Assembly (NCBI GenBank): GCA_963842085.1
Contig: CAWJET010000001.1
Coordinates: 32,001 to 96,000 of the forward strand
Source: an uncultured delta proteobacterium
Lineage (GTDB): Bacteria; Desulfobacterota; Binatia; Binatales; Binataceae
Length of the DNA stretch: 64,000 nt
Reading direction: 5' to 3'
Shown here: positions 10,695-20,223 of the stretch, one piece after another
How the letters are laid out: the number at the start of each line of letters is the position of its first letter
Position numbering within the stretch: the first letter of the stretch is position 1
Notes under the pieces: model-generated
Databases searched by the model: none
Told to the model about the DNA's origin: nothing
What the model saw: only the letters and a program-made list of their open reading frames with translations
Made by a program: the position numbers and the translations under genes

Positions 10695-11948
10695 TCAGGT
10701 ATTTATGGCGCTTATTGATTTGGGTCGGCCGTTACGACCAGATTCAGTGCCCACTTTTTGCCCACTTTTCTTCGGGTTCGCCAAAAAGCCTTGCGCGAAC
10801 CGATCGACCGCGCCGGTATCAGCATCCTTGAACCAGTGCGAGTAAACCCTGAGCGTGACGGCCGGATTCGAATGCCCTAGCCGGTGTTGAACTTCGGTGA
10901 TGGGTGCGCCAGCGGCGATGAGTCCGCTCGCGTACGAGTGCCGCAAGGTCTTGACGTTAGCGCCTCGGAGCTCTGCGCGACGCAGCGCCGGATAGAGGCC
11001 CTGGCGCAGAACGTTCGAGCGATGCAGCGGTTGTCCGTCGACCCGACAAAATACGAGATCGTGCTCGGACTGCGGACTCTGCAGTTTCCAGACCTTCAAC
11101 ATCGCTACCAGCGCCGTAGGTAGTGGCAGCGTGCGATAGCCTGAACGCGTCTTAGGTTCGTAAAATTTCGGCCGCACGCGACCCTTCTCCTCCAATCCAC
11201 GCGACCAAGAAAGCGAGCGCCGTACGGAGAGTCGAGCGGCGTCGAGCGAAACGTCGCTCCACTTCAAGGCATAGACTTCCTCAGGCCGCATGCCCGTCGC
11301 CGCGACCGTGGCAAAGAGAGTCCGATAAAGGCCGGGCGCGGCGTGATTGAGCAGCTTCTTGATCTCGTCGGCGCGCAAAACCTCGTCGGGACGAACGGCG
11401 CGCAATCCCTTGCCGCTTTCGTCGGTTCCGTCGGCGACAGTTAATTCCGCAACCGCCCTGCGCGGCCGCTCCGCGATTGCCGCCGGATTGTTAGCGACCC
11501 AGCCACGGCGCTGAGCAAGTTTGAATACTGCGGCGCAGGTGGTCAGGACCGCGCTTATCGTTTTCGCTCCCAAGTTTGCGCGCAATTCATCGCGCACACG
11601 CTCGACCGCGGCTACGTCAATCCGATCGAGCCGGACGTTGTCGAGCTTGGCGAGGTGTTTGAGATGGACGCGCCATCCTTGCACGGTTGCTGGATGGCGA
11701 TCGCCCTTCTCGCGCAACCATTCCTCGCCGGCCTTCCCGAACGTGGGAATTTTCTCCGGCGAGATATATTCGCCGCGCGCGACCTTGGTTGCCGTTGCTG
11801 CGAGATGTTTTTCGGCTGCCTTCTTGGTCGGGAATTCAATCCGCTTCCGAGGTCCTGCGAGTCCTTGCGGCCGGTAGTCGAGTCGCCAGGGACAATCGCA
11901 ATCGCCGCCCACACACGTCGCTTGGTGATACCGTTTGATCAAAGCCAT
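10695..11948 (-). CDS. int: Tyrosine recombinase/integrase
   Basis: GMRPEE (R), EPKT (K), KTLRHSYA, LGHS, LRVYSH (Y); N-terminal arm-binding region. Confidence 0.93.
   Translation of the reverse strand: MALIKRYHQATCVGGDCDCPWRLDYRPQGLAGPRKRIEFPTKKAAEKHLAATATKVARGEYISPEKIPTFGKAGEEWLREKGDRHPATVQGWRVHLKHLAKLDNVRLDRIDVAAVERVRDELRANLGAKTISAVLTTCAAVFKLAQRRGWVANNPAAIAERPRRAVAELTVADGTDESGKGLRAVRPDEVLRADEIKKLLNHAAPGLYRTLFATVAATGMRPEEVYALKWSDVSLDAARLSVRRSLSWSRGLEEKGRVRPKFYEPKTRSGYRTLPLPTALVAMLKVWKLQSPQSEHDLVFCRVDGQPLHRSNVLRQGLYPALRRAELRGANVKTLRHSYASGLIAAGAPITEVQHRLGHSNPAVTLRVYSHWFKDADTGAVDRFAQGFLANPKKSGQKVGTESGRNGRPKSISAINT
10744..10769 (+). repeat. Putative integrase arm-type sites (TCAGTGCCCACT / TGCCCACT)
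   Basis: Same motif occurs as a tandem pair at 39441-39463 near the other att. Confidence 0.65.
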
Positions 11949-12148
11949 TAGTCCCCTCCCCTCTTCCCCGTACGCGCCCGGCGGTCGGCAGCGATTTTTT
12001 GGAGGAGTCTGGCGGCGGGCTCGGAGATCGCCATTTCGCCGCGCTCCCAGCGGGCTACCGTGTTCGAGGTTACTCCAATGGCCTCGGCCAAGGCCATCTG
12101 AGTCCAGCCCAATTTTTCTCTGAATGCACGAATTTCCACACCGGTCAT
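11948..12148 (-). CDS. XRE-family HTH regulator
   Basis: IRAFREKLGWTQMALAEAIGVTSNTVARWERGE. Confidence 0.88.
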   Translation of the reverse strand: MTGVEIRAFREKLGWTQMALAEAIGVTSNTVARWERGEMAISEPAARLLQKIAADRRARTGKRGGD

Positions 12149-12172
12149 ACTATACGCAGCGTATAGTATGAC
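12144..12172. promoter_or_regulatory. Perfect 14-bp inverted repeat over the XRE start codon (probable operator)
   Basis: gtcatactatacgc-a-gcgtatagtatgac. Confidence 0.7.
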
Positions 12173-12182
12173 TAAGCGGAAG

Positions 12183-12587
12183 TCAAGCGGCTTGGCTGGC
12201 GCGTTGTGTGAGAAAGCGCTCGACTTCTTCGAGTCTGAAGCGAACGTAGTGACCGAGTTTGAACGATGGGAGAATGCCGAGGCGAGCCTGTTCTCTAACC
12301 CACGATTCTGGAACGCCGAAGAGCTCGGCGAGTTCGCGCGCGCCCAACAATTTACTTCCGGCGTGGCTGAGGCCTTTCGTCGCGATGCGCTCGCTGAGCA
12401 TCAGCGAAAGCAGCGCACCTTCCAGTGTTTTGAGCGCCGCAACGCGCAACGCGACCTGGCTCAAGAGTTCCGGGACCGACTCGAGGACCAAGCCTCTTGT
12501 GCGCGATGGATCGGCGAGGAGTTCCTCGATAGTTGCGGGCGACAGTGTAGCCCGCGGCGCAACTTGGTGCGGCGCTTGATGCGACAT
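12183..12587 (-). CDS. Excisionase-like HTH_17 protein
   Basis: C-terminal LLGARELAELFGVPESWV..LPSFKLGHYVRF; GGGAGG RBS before MSHQ. Confidence 0.8.
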   Translation of the reverse strand: MSHQAPHQVAPRATLSPATIEELLADPSRTRGLVLESVPELLSQVALRVAALKTLEGALLSLMLSERIATKGLSHAGSKLLGARELAELFGVPESWVREQARLGILPSFKLGHYVRFRLEEVERFLTQRASQAA

Positions 12588-13053
12588 AAACCCTCCCAAG
12601 GTCGCAAGCACACCACAACCACACATTCATCCTAGAAGTCATTGAGCAACTGCAGTGCCGCTTTTGGATTCCATGCGCACGGCGTGACCGTTTATGTTCA
12701 GGCCGTTCTGATCGAGACGGCGTGGACCGATTTGGCGATCAAACGGCCAAGACGCGTGTGTGCATGTGCAATCTTTGCACACACAATCGCAAGTGTCCGT
12801 GGCGATTTCGGAATTTGGCCTGCTCGCGCTACATATGTGCAAACTTTGCACACTGAGCGCCGCGCGTTCGGCGGAACAGTCTAGGTCGCTCGCTCTGTGA
12901 CGCGGGTGCTGAGGTTGAGCGATCAATGGAAACACAATGGGTTGTCGATATCGCTCCCTGAAGTCCGAGTTAGGGCGGGAAAGGAAGCCGTCGCCAAGAG
13001 TAGCTGAGGCTACTATTAAGATTCCGTGAACAGCAGAATGTAACCAAAATTAA

Positions 13054-13087
13054 CCTGTTGACAACTTATCCACAGCCCGATTATTTT
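13054..13087 (+). promoter_or_regulatory. Putative sigma70 promoter containing a DnaA box
   Basis: TTGACA 13058-63, TTATCCACA 13066-74, AT-rich -10 region ~13081-87. Confidence 0.45.
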
Positions 13088-13141
13088 CTGCGAACGTGCT
13101 GGCGGGGGTGGGGGTTGTGATTTTGATCTCGCGAGCGAACA

Positions 13142-14122
13142 TTGGTTGGTCAGTCGCTAGCGATACGCCGGGCCATACGCCTGATCGAAGAAGCCGCTCT
13201 TACGAGCGCGCCGGTGATCATCACTGGCGAGAGCGGTACGGGGAAAGAGCTGGCCGCACGCGCGATCCACGACAGATCGCCGCGGCAAAACCGACCGTAC
13301 GTCGCAATCAATTGCGCGGCAGTCCCTGAAAGCCTGATCGAAAGCGAACTCTTCGGCCACGAGCGCGGGGCCTTCACGGGCGCTGATCGCCGCCGCGAGG
13401 GATGCTTCGAGCGGGCGAACGGCGGCAGCCTTCTGCTCGACGAGATCACCGAGATGCGGCCGGAGATGCAGGCCAAACTGCTCCGTGTTCTCGAAGAGAA
13501 GAGAATTCTCCGTCTCGGCGCGAGCAGAGAGCTGCCGATCGACGTGCGGGTCTTCGCCGCATCCAATCGTTCGCTGCATCAATCGATCCGCCAGGGGCGA
13601 TTGCGCGAGGACCTCTACTACCGTCTTAACGTTTACACAGTCGAGCTGCCTCCGCTGCGCGACCGGCTCGAGGATTTGCCTTTGCTCGTCGGGCACTTCA
13701 TTCAGGAATTCAATCGGGAACACAAGAAAAGGGTCCAAGGAATGGGCCAAGACTGTCTCGATGTCCTCCGAGCGCACGCGTGGCCCGGAAACGTTCGAGA
13801 GTTGCGCAATGTCGTTCAACGCGCGGTGATCAGATGCCCATCTCCTATGCTGTCGGCTAAAGATTTGCCGATGGAGTCCGTTCCTTCTCATAACGCGGAA
13901 GCGCACTTCATGGTTCGCGTTGGCTCGGCAATGTGCGAGGTCGAACGCGAGTTGATTTTCCGGACCTTGGCCTTCGCCGGAGGAAATAAGGCTCGCGCAT
14001 CCAATCTTCTCGGTATGAGCCGGCGGAATCTTTACAATCGGCTTCAACGGTATGAGGTGCACGAAACGAATGGACATCTCAAGGGACACGCTTATCGTAA
14101 CGGCCGCAATGGTAGCTCGTGA
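13142..14122 (+). CDS. Sigma54-dependent enhancer-binding protein (AAA+ and Fis HTH, no sensor domain)
   Basis: GESGTGKE, ELFGHERGAFTGA, LLDEI, WPGNVREL, GNKARAS..LGMSRRNLY. Confidence 0.9.
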   Translation: MVGQSLAIRRAIRLIEEAALTSAPVIITGESGTGKELAARAIHDRSPRQNRPYVAINCAAVPESLIESELFGHERGAFTGADRRREGCFERANGGSLLLDEITEMRPEMQAKLLRVLEEKRILRLGASRELPIDVRVFAASNRSLHQSIRQGRLREDLYYRLNVYTVELPPLRDRLEDLPLLVGHFIQEFNREHKKRVQGMGQDCLDVLRAHAWPGNVRELRNVVQRAVIRCPSPMLSAKDLPMESVPSHNAEAHFMVRVGSAMCEVERELIFRTLAFAGGNKARASNLLGMSRRNLYNRLQRYEVHETNGHLKGHAYRNGRNGSS

Positions 14123-14223
14123 AGAAACTTCGCCTCGCGTCGCGGGGCCACTAATCGTCCAACCATCTCTGAGCGTTTGCAATTGCAAACGCTGGGCCGA
14201 GGCTCTTTTGCTACACGCGCTGT

Positions 14224-14451
14224 GTGGCAAACGAGGAGGCTCTATTCCGCCGGAGGCTGCGCGAGATCGTCATTCAGAAGTACGGCTCGCTCGATCGCTT
14301 CTATCTTGAAACCGATTTCTCCAAGGGGCACCTGTCTCAGATTCTGCGTGGCAAGCGCAGCCCCTCACTCACGACGATCGTGAAGCTTGCCCGAGCCCTC
14401 GACGTTCAGATCGGTGATTTCTTCGCGAGGCAGCAAAAGACGAGACTGTAA
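14224..14451 (+). CDS. XRE-family HTH protein
   Basis: FSKGHLSQILRGKRSPSLTTIVKLARALDV. Confidence 0.8.
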   Translation: MANEEALFRRRLREIVIQKYGSLDRFYLETDFSKGHLSQILRGKRSPSLTTIVKLARALDVQIGDFFARQQKTRL

Positions 14452-14733
14452 TTTCGCCGTTATTCGAACCCGTCCACGCGCGCTGGCCCCGACCTCAGGG
14501 TCCCGTGAAATTGAAAACCCCAGTTCCTATTTCAAGATTAATCGTGTCTCATTGATGGCCTTACTGTCGGCGTGAGGTGCGTCGCGCGCCGCTTGACCAC
14601 GATCCGCAATCAAAAGTAGTTAATTGAATGACATCGCATCGAAAAATCCCGTGCCGAGGAACGGCGGCGCTCGGCTCGAACAAAAATCCGGACGTATTTC
14701 GATTTCTGGCGATCCTCTCTCACGCTCAAACCG

Positions 14734-15597
14734 ATGACGAGTAACCGTGCGATCGCCGCGGCGATGGGCGCTGCTGCAGCGCTTGGCCTGAAAGTCCATG
14801 ATGCGATCGTGCTCCAGGAGTCGAACAAGCTCGCTGTGCGCCTGCTGCCGTGCGACGTTCTTGCTCGGGTCGCGGAGGAGCGCATCAAGCACTGGGCGGA
14901 GTTCGAAGTCGAGCTTGGTTTACGGCTCGCGGAAACAGGGAGCCCTGTAGCAGCGCTTGACCCTCGGGTCGCGCCGGCCGTCTACGTGCGTGACGGCTTT
15001 GTGGTCACGCTGTGGACATACTACGAACCTGTGCCGTCCCGAGAGTTCGCGCCAGCCGACTACGCGCACGCGCTCGAACGGCTGCATGACTGCATGCGGC
15101 AGATCGACTTCCCTACCCCGCACTTTACGGATCGAATCACCGACGCCCAACGGCTTATCGGAAGCCGCGACCAGACTCCAGAGCTCGTTGACGCGGACCG
15201 TGAGCTTCTCAGCAACACGTTACGAAGTCTGCGGCAGGCGATCAGCACCCGCGGGCGCCCCGAACAACTCCTGCACGGCGAGCCACACCCGGGCAACGTG
15301 CTCAGGACGAAGAAGGGCCTGGTGTTCATAGACCTCGAGACCTGTTGCCGCGGGCCCGTGGAGTTCGATCTCGCCTACGTGCCCGAAGAGGTGATCGTGC
15401 TCTACCGGAGCACCGATCAACAACTGCTCCGCGAATGCCGGATCCTGATGCTTGCGATGGTCGCAGCATGGCGCTGGGATCGAAACGACCGATTCCCCAA
15501 CGGGCGACAAGCAGCGCGAGAATTCGTCAGCGAGCTCCGGGCGGCACTGTCGGGCGCACCCTTCTCGACGCACTTGCCGCGCTGGACTGACACCTGA
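14734..15597 (+). CDS. Aminoglycoside phosphotransferase (APH)-fold kinase
   Basis: LHGEPHPGNV and FIDLE motifs. Confidence 0.8.
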   Translation: MTSNRAIAAAMGAAAALGLKVHDAIVLQESNKLAVRLLPCDVLARVAEERIKHWAEFEVELGLRLAETGSPVAALDPRVAPAVYVRDGFVVTLWTYYEPVPSREFAPADYAHALERLHDCMRQIDFPTPHFTDRITDAQRLIGSRDQTPELVDADRELLSNTLRSLRQAISTRGRPEQLLHGEPHPGNVLRTKKGLVFIDLETCCRGPVEFDLAYVPEEVIVLYRSTDQQLLRECRILMLAMVAAWRWDRNDRFPNGRQAAREFVSELRAALSGAPFSTHLPRWTDT

Positions 15598-15711
15598 ATC
15601 GCTGGTGGACGATAAAATTGGAGCTAGTTCGTCGAGCTCTTTGCCCCACTAAGTAATGATTGTTGGTTCCAAGGTTACGACCGATGTAAGTACAGGTCTC
15701 GCGCGCCGCCC

Positions 15712-17097
15712 CTAACGCGCTGATTTTGGCGGAACGTAAGGGTCGGGAGTGCCCGGTGGAATAGGCGGCTCCTTCTTCAAGGACGCGAGATGTTCAGCTA
15801 GCGACTTGGTGATGGGGAAGCGGGCCCACAAAACTTCAAGTACGCGCGGATCGGTTGGATGTTCTTCCTTGGGATCGGTCAGGAGATCGAAGAATAGCGG
15901 AGTACTGTAAGTACTCACCGGTTCGCCGAAGCCTTTCGAAAACGTCTTCATCATCATTTTCCAGTCGCGCCACTTGACGCCGAAAAGGTCGTTGCCGACA
16001 TAGATGATGACCGAATCTCTGTTCGAGCGCGGCTGGCTGCCGGTGAGAAAGTCGAGTTGGTCGACGCCGTCGATGATGCGGTCGTCGGGCACCTTGCCCC
16101 CGGCGATTCGGGCGAGCGTGGGAAAGAGATCCATTTCATGGATAATCTCGTTGCTGACGGCTTCGGGCGGAATGTGGCCCGGCCAGCGCATTAGGAACGG
16201 TACTCGGAGAGAGCCTTCCATAGCCGTGAAGTAGGTGCCCCGCCACGGTCCGCTGAAGCCGTAGTATGGTTCGAACATTTCGGGACCGTTGTCCGAGGTG
16301 AAGATGAAAATCGTGTTGTCACGCACGCCCATCTGGTCGATGGCGTCGAGGAGACGACCCGCGTAGTCGTCCATCTGTACAAGCACGTCAGCGAAGTCGC
16401 CGTTTCCGGTTTTACCCTGGAACGGAGCTTCCGGCAGAGTCGGAAAATGAAGTTGCGTGTAGGGAATGTAGGCGAAGAAGGGATTGTGGTCCGTGACACT
16501 GCGCTGCATGAAGTCGATGGCCCGCTCCGTCAGCTCCCGGTCGATCGTTCTCCGCTCATTCAGATCGTAGACCTTTACATTTTTTGGTGTTTCTCCTTTA
16601 CGTGCTTCCATCACTTGCTCAAATTTCGCCAGAGGACTCGAGTCGGAGCGGAAGCGCGAACTCTGCGGCCAAAACGACTCGTCGGATGAATTCGGTATGC
16701 CGTACCATTCGTCGAATCCCCGGTCGGTTGGAAAGCGCCCCGGTGTGTCGCCGAGATGCCATTTGCCGAATGCACCCGTGGCGTAGCCGTTCTGGGACAG
16801 CATTTCCGAGAGCGTGACTTCCCATCGGGTCAAACCGTAATTCTCGGCGAAAAGCGGCACTGTGCCGTTGCCGGTGCGCACGGCGTATCGTCCCGTCATC
16901 AGAGCCGCGCGGCTGGGTGTGCACTGGGCCTCGACGTTGAAATTGAGCGCGCGGAATCCTTCGGCTGCCAGCCTATCGAGCCGGGGCGTCGGAGCGCCTC
17001 GCAGGATGCCTCCTCCATAAACGCCAAGTTCGCCCCAACCAAGATTATCCATCAGCACCAAAACGATGTTGGGTTTCGCGCCCTGTTCTGAATTCAT
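15712..17097 (-). CDS. Arylsulfatase
   Basis: PNIVLVLMDNLG, CTPSRAALMTGR (Cys-type FGly motif), GKWHLG, SDNG. Confidence 0.92.
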   Translation of the reverse strand: MNSEQGAKPNIVLVLMDNLGWGELGVYGGGILRGAPTPRLDRLAAEGFRALNFNVEAQCTPSRAALMTGRYAVRTGNGTVPLFAENYGLTRWEVTLSEMLSQNGYATGAFGKWHLGDTPGRFPTDRGFDEWYGIPNSSDESFWPQSSRFRSDSSPLAKFEQVMEARKGETPKNVKVYDLNERRTIDRELTERAIDFMQRSVTDHNPFFAYIPYTQLHFPTLPEAPFQGKTGNGDFADVLVQMDDYAGRLLDAIDQMGVRDNTIFIFTSDNGPEMFEPYYGFSGPWRGTYFTAMEGSLRVPFLMRWPGHIPPEAVSNEIIHEMDLFPTLARIAGGKVPDDRIIDGVDQLDFLTGSQPRSNRDSVIIYVGNDLFGVKWRDWKMMMKTFSKGFGEPVSTYSTPLFFDLLTDPKEEHPTDPRVLEVLWARFPITKSLAEHLASLKKEPPIPPGTPDPYVPPKSAR

Positions 17098-17115
17098 TTT
17101 CCTTGCCTCTAAGCG

Positions 17116-17997
17116 CTAGGGAATCTGCTCGCGGATGAACTTGCCGATGCCCTCGATCGCTTGCTGGGCCTCGGGCAGGACGCCGGCGTATGACTGAAAA
17201 CGATGAATCATTTCCGGCCAGACTTCGAGTTTGACCTGAACTCCGGCTGCACGCGCGCGTTGGGCGAGGCGGTTCGAGTCGTCCAGCAGAACCTCGTGAT
17301 CGCCAACCTGAATCAGCAGCGGTGGGAATCCCTTGGGATCGGCATAAAGCGGAGAGGCCAGCGGGACGCGCGGATTCGCGCCGGCCAGGTAAGCGTTCGC
17401 CAGCAGTCCGACGCCGTCGGGCGTGAAAATCGGATCGACATCCTTGCGTGTTTTCATCGACTCGCCCGTAAACTCCAAATCGATCATCGGCGAGAGGCAG
17501 ACCGCCGCCGCAGGCGTCGCGAGTCCGGCGTCGCGGCCCGCAACCAATATCGCGAGCGCCAACGCGGCGCCTGCAGAATCTCCCGCTATAGCGATGCGCG
17601 ATGGAGGCAGTCCCTGTGCGAGCAAGAACCGATAGCCCGCGACAGAGTCGTCCACCGCGGCCGGAAACGGATGCTCGGGTGCAAGGCGATAGTCCAATCC
17701 CAGCACGCGGGCCTGCGCGGCGCGCGAGATGCGGCCCATCAGATTGCGATGGGTATTCAGGGAGCCCATTACATAGCCGCCGCCATGTAAGTAGAGCACG
17801 ACGCGATCGGCGGCAGCGCCCGGCGCGTTGATCCATTCCGCCTTGACTCCATTGGCAAGAACGGGCTCGCATTTGATGTCGGGTTCCGCCGGCCGCGCCA
17901 TCTGTTCGTTGAGCGCGCGCATCTCCGCAATGCTTCCAGCCTTACTGATCAGGGCTTTTATCGTGTCGATTACCTGCTGCAACTGTGGACTCGCCAT
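17116..17997 (-). CDS. HSL-family alpha/beta hydrolase (esterase)
   Basis: HGGGY, DYRLAPEHPFPA, GDSAG. Confidence 0.92.
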   Translation of the reverse strand: MASPQLQQVIDTIKALISKAGSIAEMRALNEQMARPAEPDIKCEPVLANGVKAEWINAPGAAADRVVLYLHGGGYVMGSLNTHRNLMGRISRAAQARVLGLDYRLAPEHPFPAAVDDSVAGYRFLLAQGLPPSRIAIAGDSAGAALALAILVAGRDAGLATPAAAVCLSPMIDLEFTGESMKTRKDVDPIFTPDGVGLLANAYLAGANPRVPLASPLYADPKGFPPLLIQVGDHEVLLDDSNRLAQRARAAGVQVKLEVWPEMIHRFQSYAGVLPEAQQAIEGIGKFIREQIP

Positions 17998-18070
17998 CGT
18001 CGGAAACACTCCTTTGTTGGTAAAGCGCGCCGACCAGCGCGCGTTTTTTGGAAACTAGCCCGAGTCTCCC

Positions 18071-19339
18071 TCAGGCGCAAATATTGTGGGTAGTGTTTGA
18101 GAGTTTGACAGCCGTGTCTCGCCCACTATCGATCGTCACGTTGAGGATCTCGCTTGAGCGCGCCATCGGCGGATCGCAGTACGGCGCCAACTGATCGAAG
18201 AAGCTGTCCGGCTCGATTACCGCCTCGGGCGCGAACACTCCAGGTGTGGCGAGGCGTCCTTCCAACAATTGCCGTAACCCGAGCGCCAGCGGCACGCCCG
18301 TCGACTTCGCCATTCCCTTCGGAACCGTGCTGACCGATACGCCGATGCGCGCCACCTTTCCGTTCTTTGTTCCGGCCGCGAACGCGAAGAACGGAGGCAA
18401 ATCGCCATGACCTTTAAGGCCCAGCGACTTTACTACGGCCTTGAGGGTTCGTAGGGCGCCTGGGGCAATCATGATCGCTGCTGCCTGCTCGTTGGTGAGA
18501 CTCTTCTGATCCAGCGCCGCGTTGAGATCCTTCAGCAGGGAAAGCGCCTGGGTCGTGAGGATCATCAAACACGCACTCCGCCCACGAATCCCGAGTGTCG
18601 CGCACATCGTCAGCGGCTCGGGATGGCCTACAGTGTAGGCCGTGCCTCGCCCGCGACCAGGATAATCAATCTCGACCGCATCGAGCGGAGGTCGATCGAC
18701 GAGTCGTCCGCCTTCTACTACGCGAATCAACCCGGAGATCTGCTGCATCAGATGAAGCACTGCCGCGCTCGGCTTGCCGTTTTGATCGACCAGTAACTCT
18801 TTATCTTCGCTAATCGAAACGCCGCCGATCGGCACGTCCAACGGCCACGCGGTGTACAGGTCGGTGACTTCGTCGAGCTCGCGCGCCGCCACCTTGGCGA
18901 GCAGGTTCGACACGCCGGGGCTGGCTCCCATGCCAATGACCGCCACAACTCCGGCGTTGGTTGCGTTCTGATGCTCGCGCATCATCTCGAGCGTCGGTTC
19001 CCAGTCGTCGCAGATATCCAGATAATGCGTGCGCGCTTCGATCGCTGCACGCAGGATTGGAACTCCGAACTTATGGAATGGCCCGGTTGTGTTGAGCACC
19101 GCGCCCGCTTCGCTCAGGAGTCGCCGGAGCGCTATGCTGTCGGTAACGTCGATTCGTTCGGCGTGGATCCTGACCTTGCCCGACGTGGCAATCTCCGCGG
19201 CGATCTTTTCCGCAGCCGCGAGATCGCGATCGCCGATGATAACCTCGCGTATGCCGTCGAGTGATGCCACAGTCCGCACCGCGACGTGGCCCATGTTTCC
19301 GGCACCGCCCAGCACCACGATTCGTTCGACTGGTTTCAT
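18071..19339 (-). CDS. Saccharopine dehydrogenase-like NAD(P) oxidoreductase
   Basis: VVLGGAGNMG, NTTGPF, YLDICDD, GMGASPG, GHPE; start at MKPVER. Confidence 0.85.
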   Translation of the reverse strand: MKPVERIVVLGGAGNMGHVAVRTVASLDGIREVIIGDRDLAAAEKIAAEIATSGKVRIHAERIDVTDSIALRRLLSEAGAVLNTTGPFHKFGVPILRAAIEARTHYLDICDDWEPTLEMMREHQNATNAGVVAVIGMGASPGVSNLLAKVAARELDEVTDLYTAWPLDVPIGGVSISEDKELLVDQNGKPSAAVLHLMQQISGLIRVVEGGRLVDRPPLDAVEIDYPGRGRGTAYTVGHPEPLTMCATLGIRGRSACLMILTTQALSLLKDLNAALDQKSLTNEQAAAIMIAPGALRTLKAVVKSLGLKGHGDLPPFFAFAAGTKNGKVARIGVSVSTVPKGMAKSTGVPLALGLRQLLEGRLATPGVFAPEAVIEPDSFFDQLAPYCDPPMARSSEILNVTIDSGRDTAVKLSNTTHNICA

Positions 19340-19361
19340 AATATATCGCAGCAACTCCAAA

Positions 19362-19433
19362 AGTTGAACAGTAGTCAGGTTTATAGCAAAGCGATCTCTT
19401 TCTGGCAAGACCATACTTGAACATCCGTCAAGT
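19362..19433. promoter_or_regulatory. Two TetR-type operator palindromes
   Basis: AGTTGA-acagtag-TCAGGT (19362-80) and ACTTGA-acatccg-TCAAGT (19415-33) in the divergent intergenic region. Confidence 0.7.
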
Positions 19434-19455
19434 TTCGATGTACCCTCTCAAACCT

Positions 19456-20094
19456 ATGGCGAAGACTCCGAGAAGAAGCCGTACCCGGACGGTATCGTCG
19501 CGCGCGATTCCCAAGCAGGAGCGGTCCCGAGCGCGGGTCGCCACGATTCTCGCGGCGACTGCCAGACTCCTTGCCAAATCCGGCTTCGATGCATTGAATA
19601 CACGTCAGATTGCGGCTGCCGCCAAGCTGCCCCCGGGGCTTCTCTATCACTACTTTCCGAATAAAGCGGCCATCGTGATGCGACTGGCTGAACAGAATGT
19701 TCAACCGCTGCGCGAGGAACTCGCGCAAATGCTCAGTGAAGCAAGGGCGACCTCGTGGAGAGAAGCGATCCGCCGGTTGATCGCCAAGCTCAGCGCAGCC
19801 TATCGGGCAGAGCCTGCGGCAACGGCAATCCTGCAGGCGCTGCAGAGCGATCCGGAGCTCAGGCGATTAAACGCGGAGATGAATGATCAGTTCGCTCGAA
19901 TGATCGCGAGATTCTTGCGCGCGGTAGGGGCACGCGCCGATTCTAGAACTCTGATGCGCAGCGCTCGCCTCGTCGTTCTGATCTGCGACGCCGTGGCTTT
20001 CGACCTGGTTGCAGTTGGCCCTGCCGCGGCCGAGAAATTGTCAGACGAAGTATCTGTGCTTTTGGTCTCTTATCTTGGAAAATACTTGAGATGA
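19456..20094 (+). CDS. TetR/AcrR family regulator
   Basis: PKQERSRARVATILAAT..GFDALNTRQIA..LLYHYFPNK. Confidence 0.9.
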   Translation: MAKTPRRSRTRTVSSRAIPKQERSRARVATILAATARLLAKSGFDALNTRQIAAAAKLPPGLLYHYFPNKAAIVMRLAEQNVQPLREELAQMLSEARATSWREAIRRLIAKLSAAYRAEPAATAILQALQSDPELRRLNAEMNDQFARMIARFLRAVGARADSRTLMRSARLVVLICDAVAFDLVAVGPAAAEKLSDEVSVLLVSYLGKYLR

Positions 20095-20189
20095 CATTAT
20101 CCGTTGCCAATGAAGGCACTGAGTAGGTTCGAGGAATCCAGCCGTCTTTTTTGCAACGGCGTCTTGAAGGTAACAGGGCTTTATTCGCA

Positions 20190-20218
20190 GCGGCGCCCGC
20201 GCGAAGCGCGGGCGCCGC
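20190..20218. terminator. 13-bp GC stem with GAA loop at the 3' end of ardC
   Basis: gcggcgcccgcgc-gaa-gcgcgggcgccgc. Confidence 0.55.
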
Positions 20219-20223
20219 GCCGC

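Noticed and set aside
19115-19122. Third CAGGAGTC as an ECF promoter
   Set aside because: Inside a CDS and lacks the upstream GGAAAAA box
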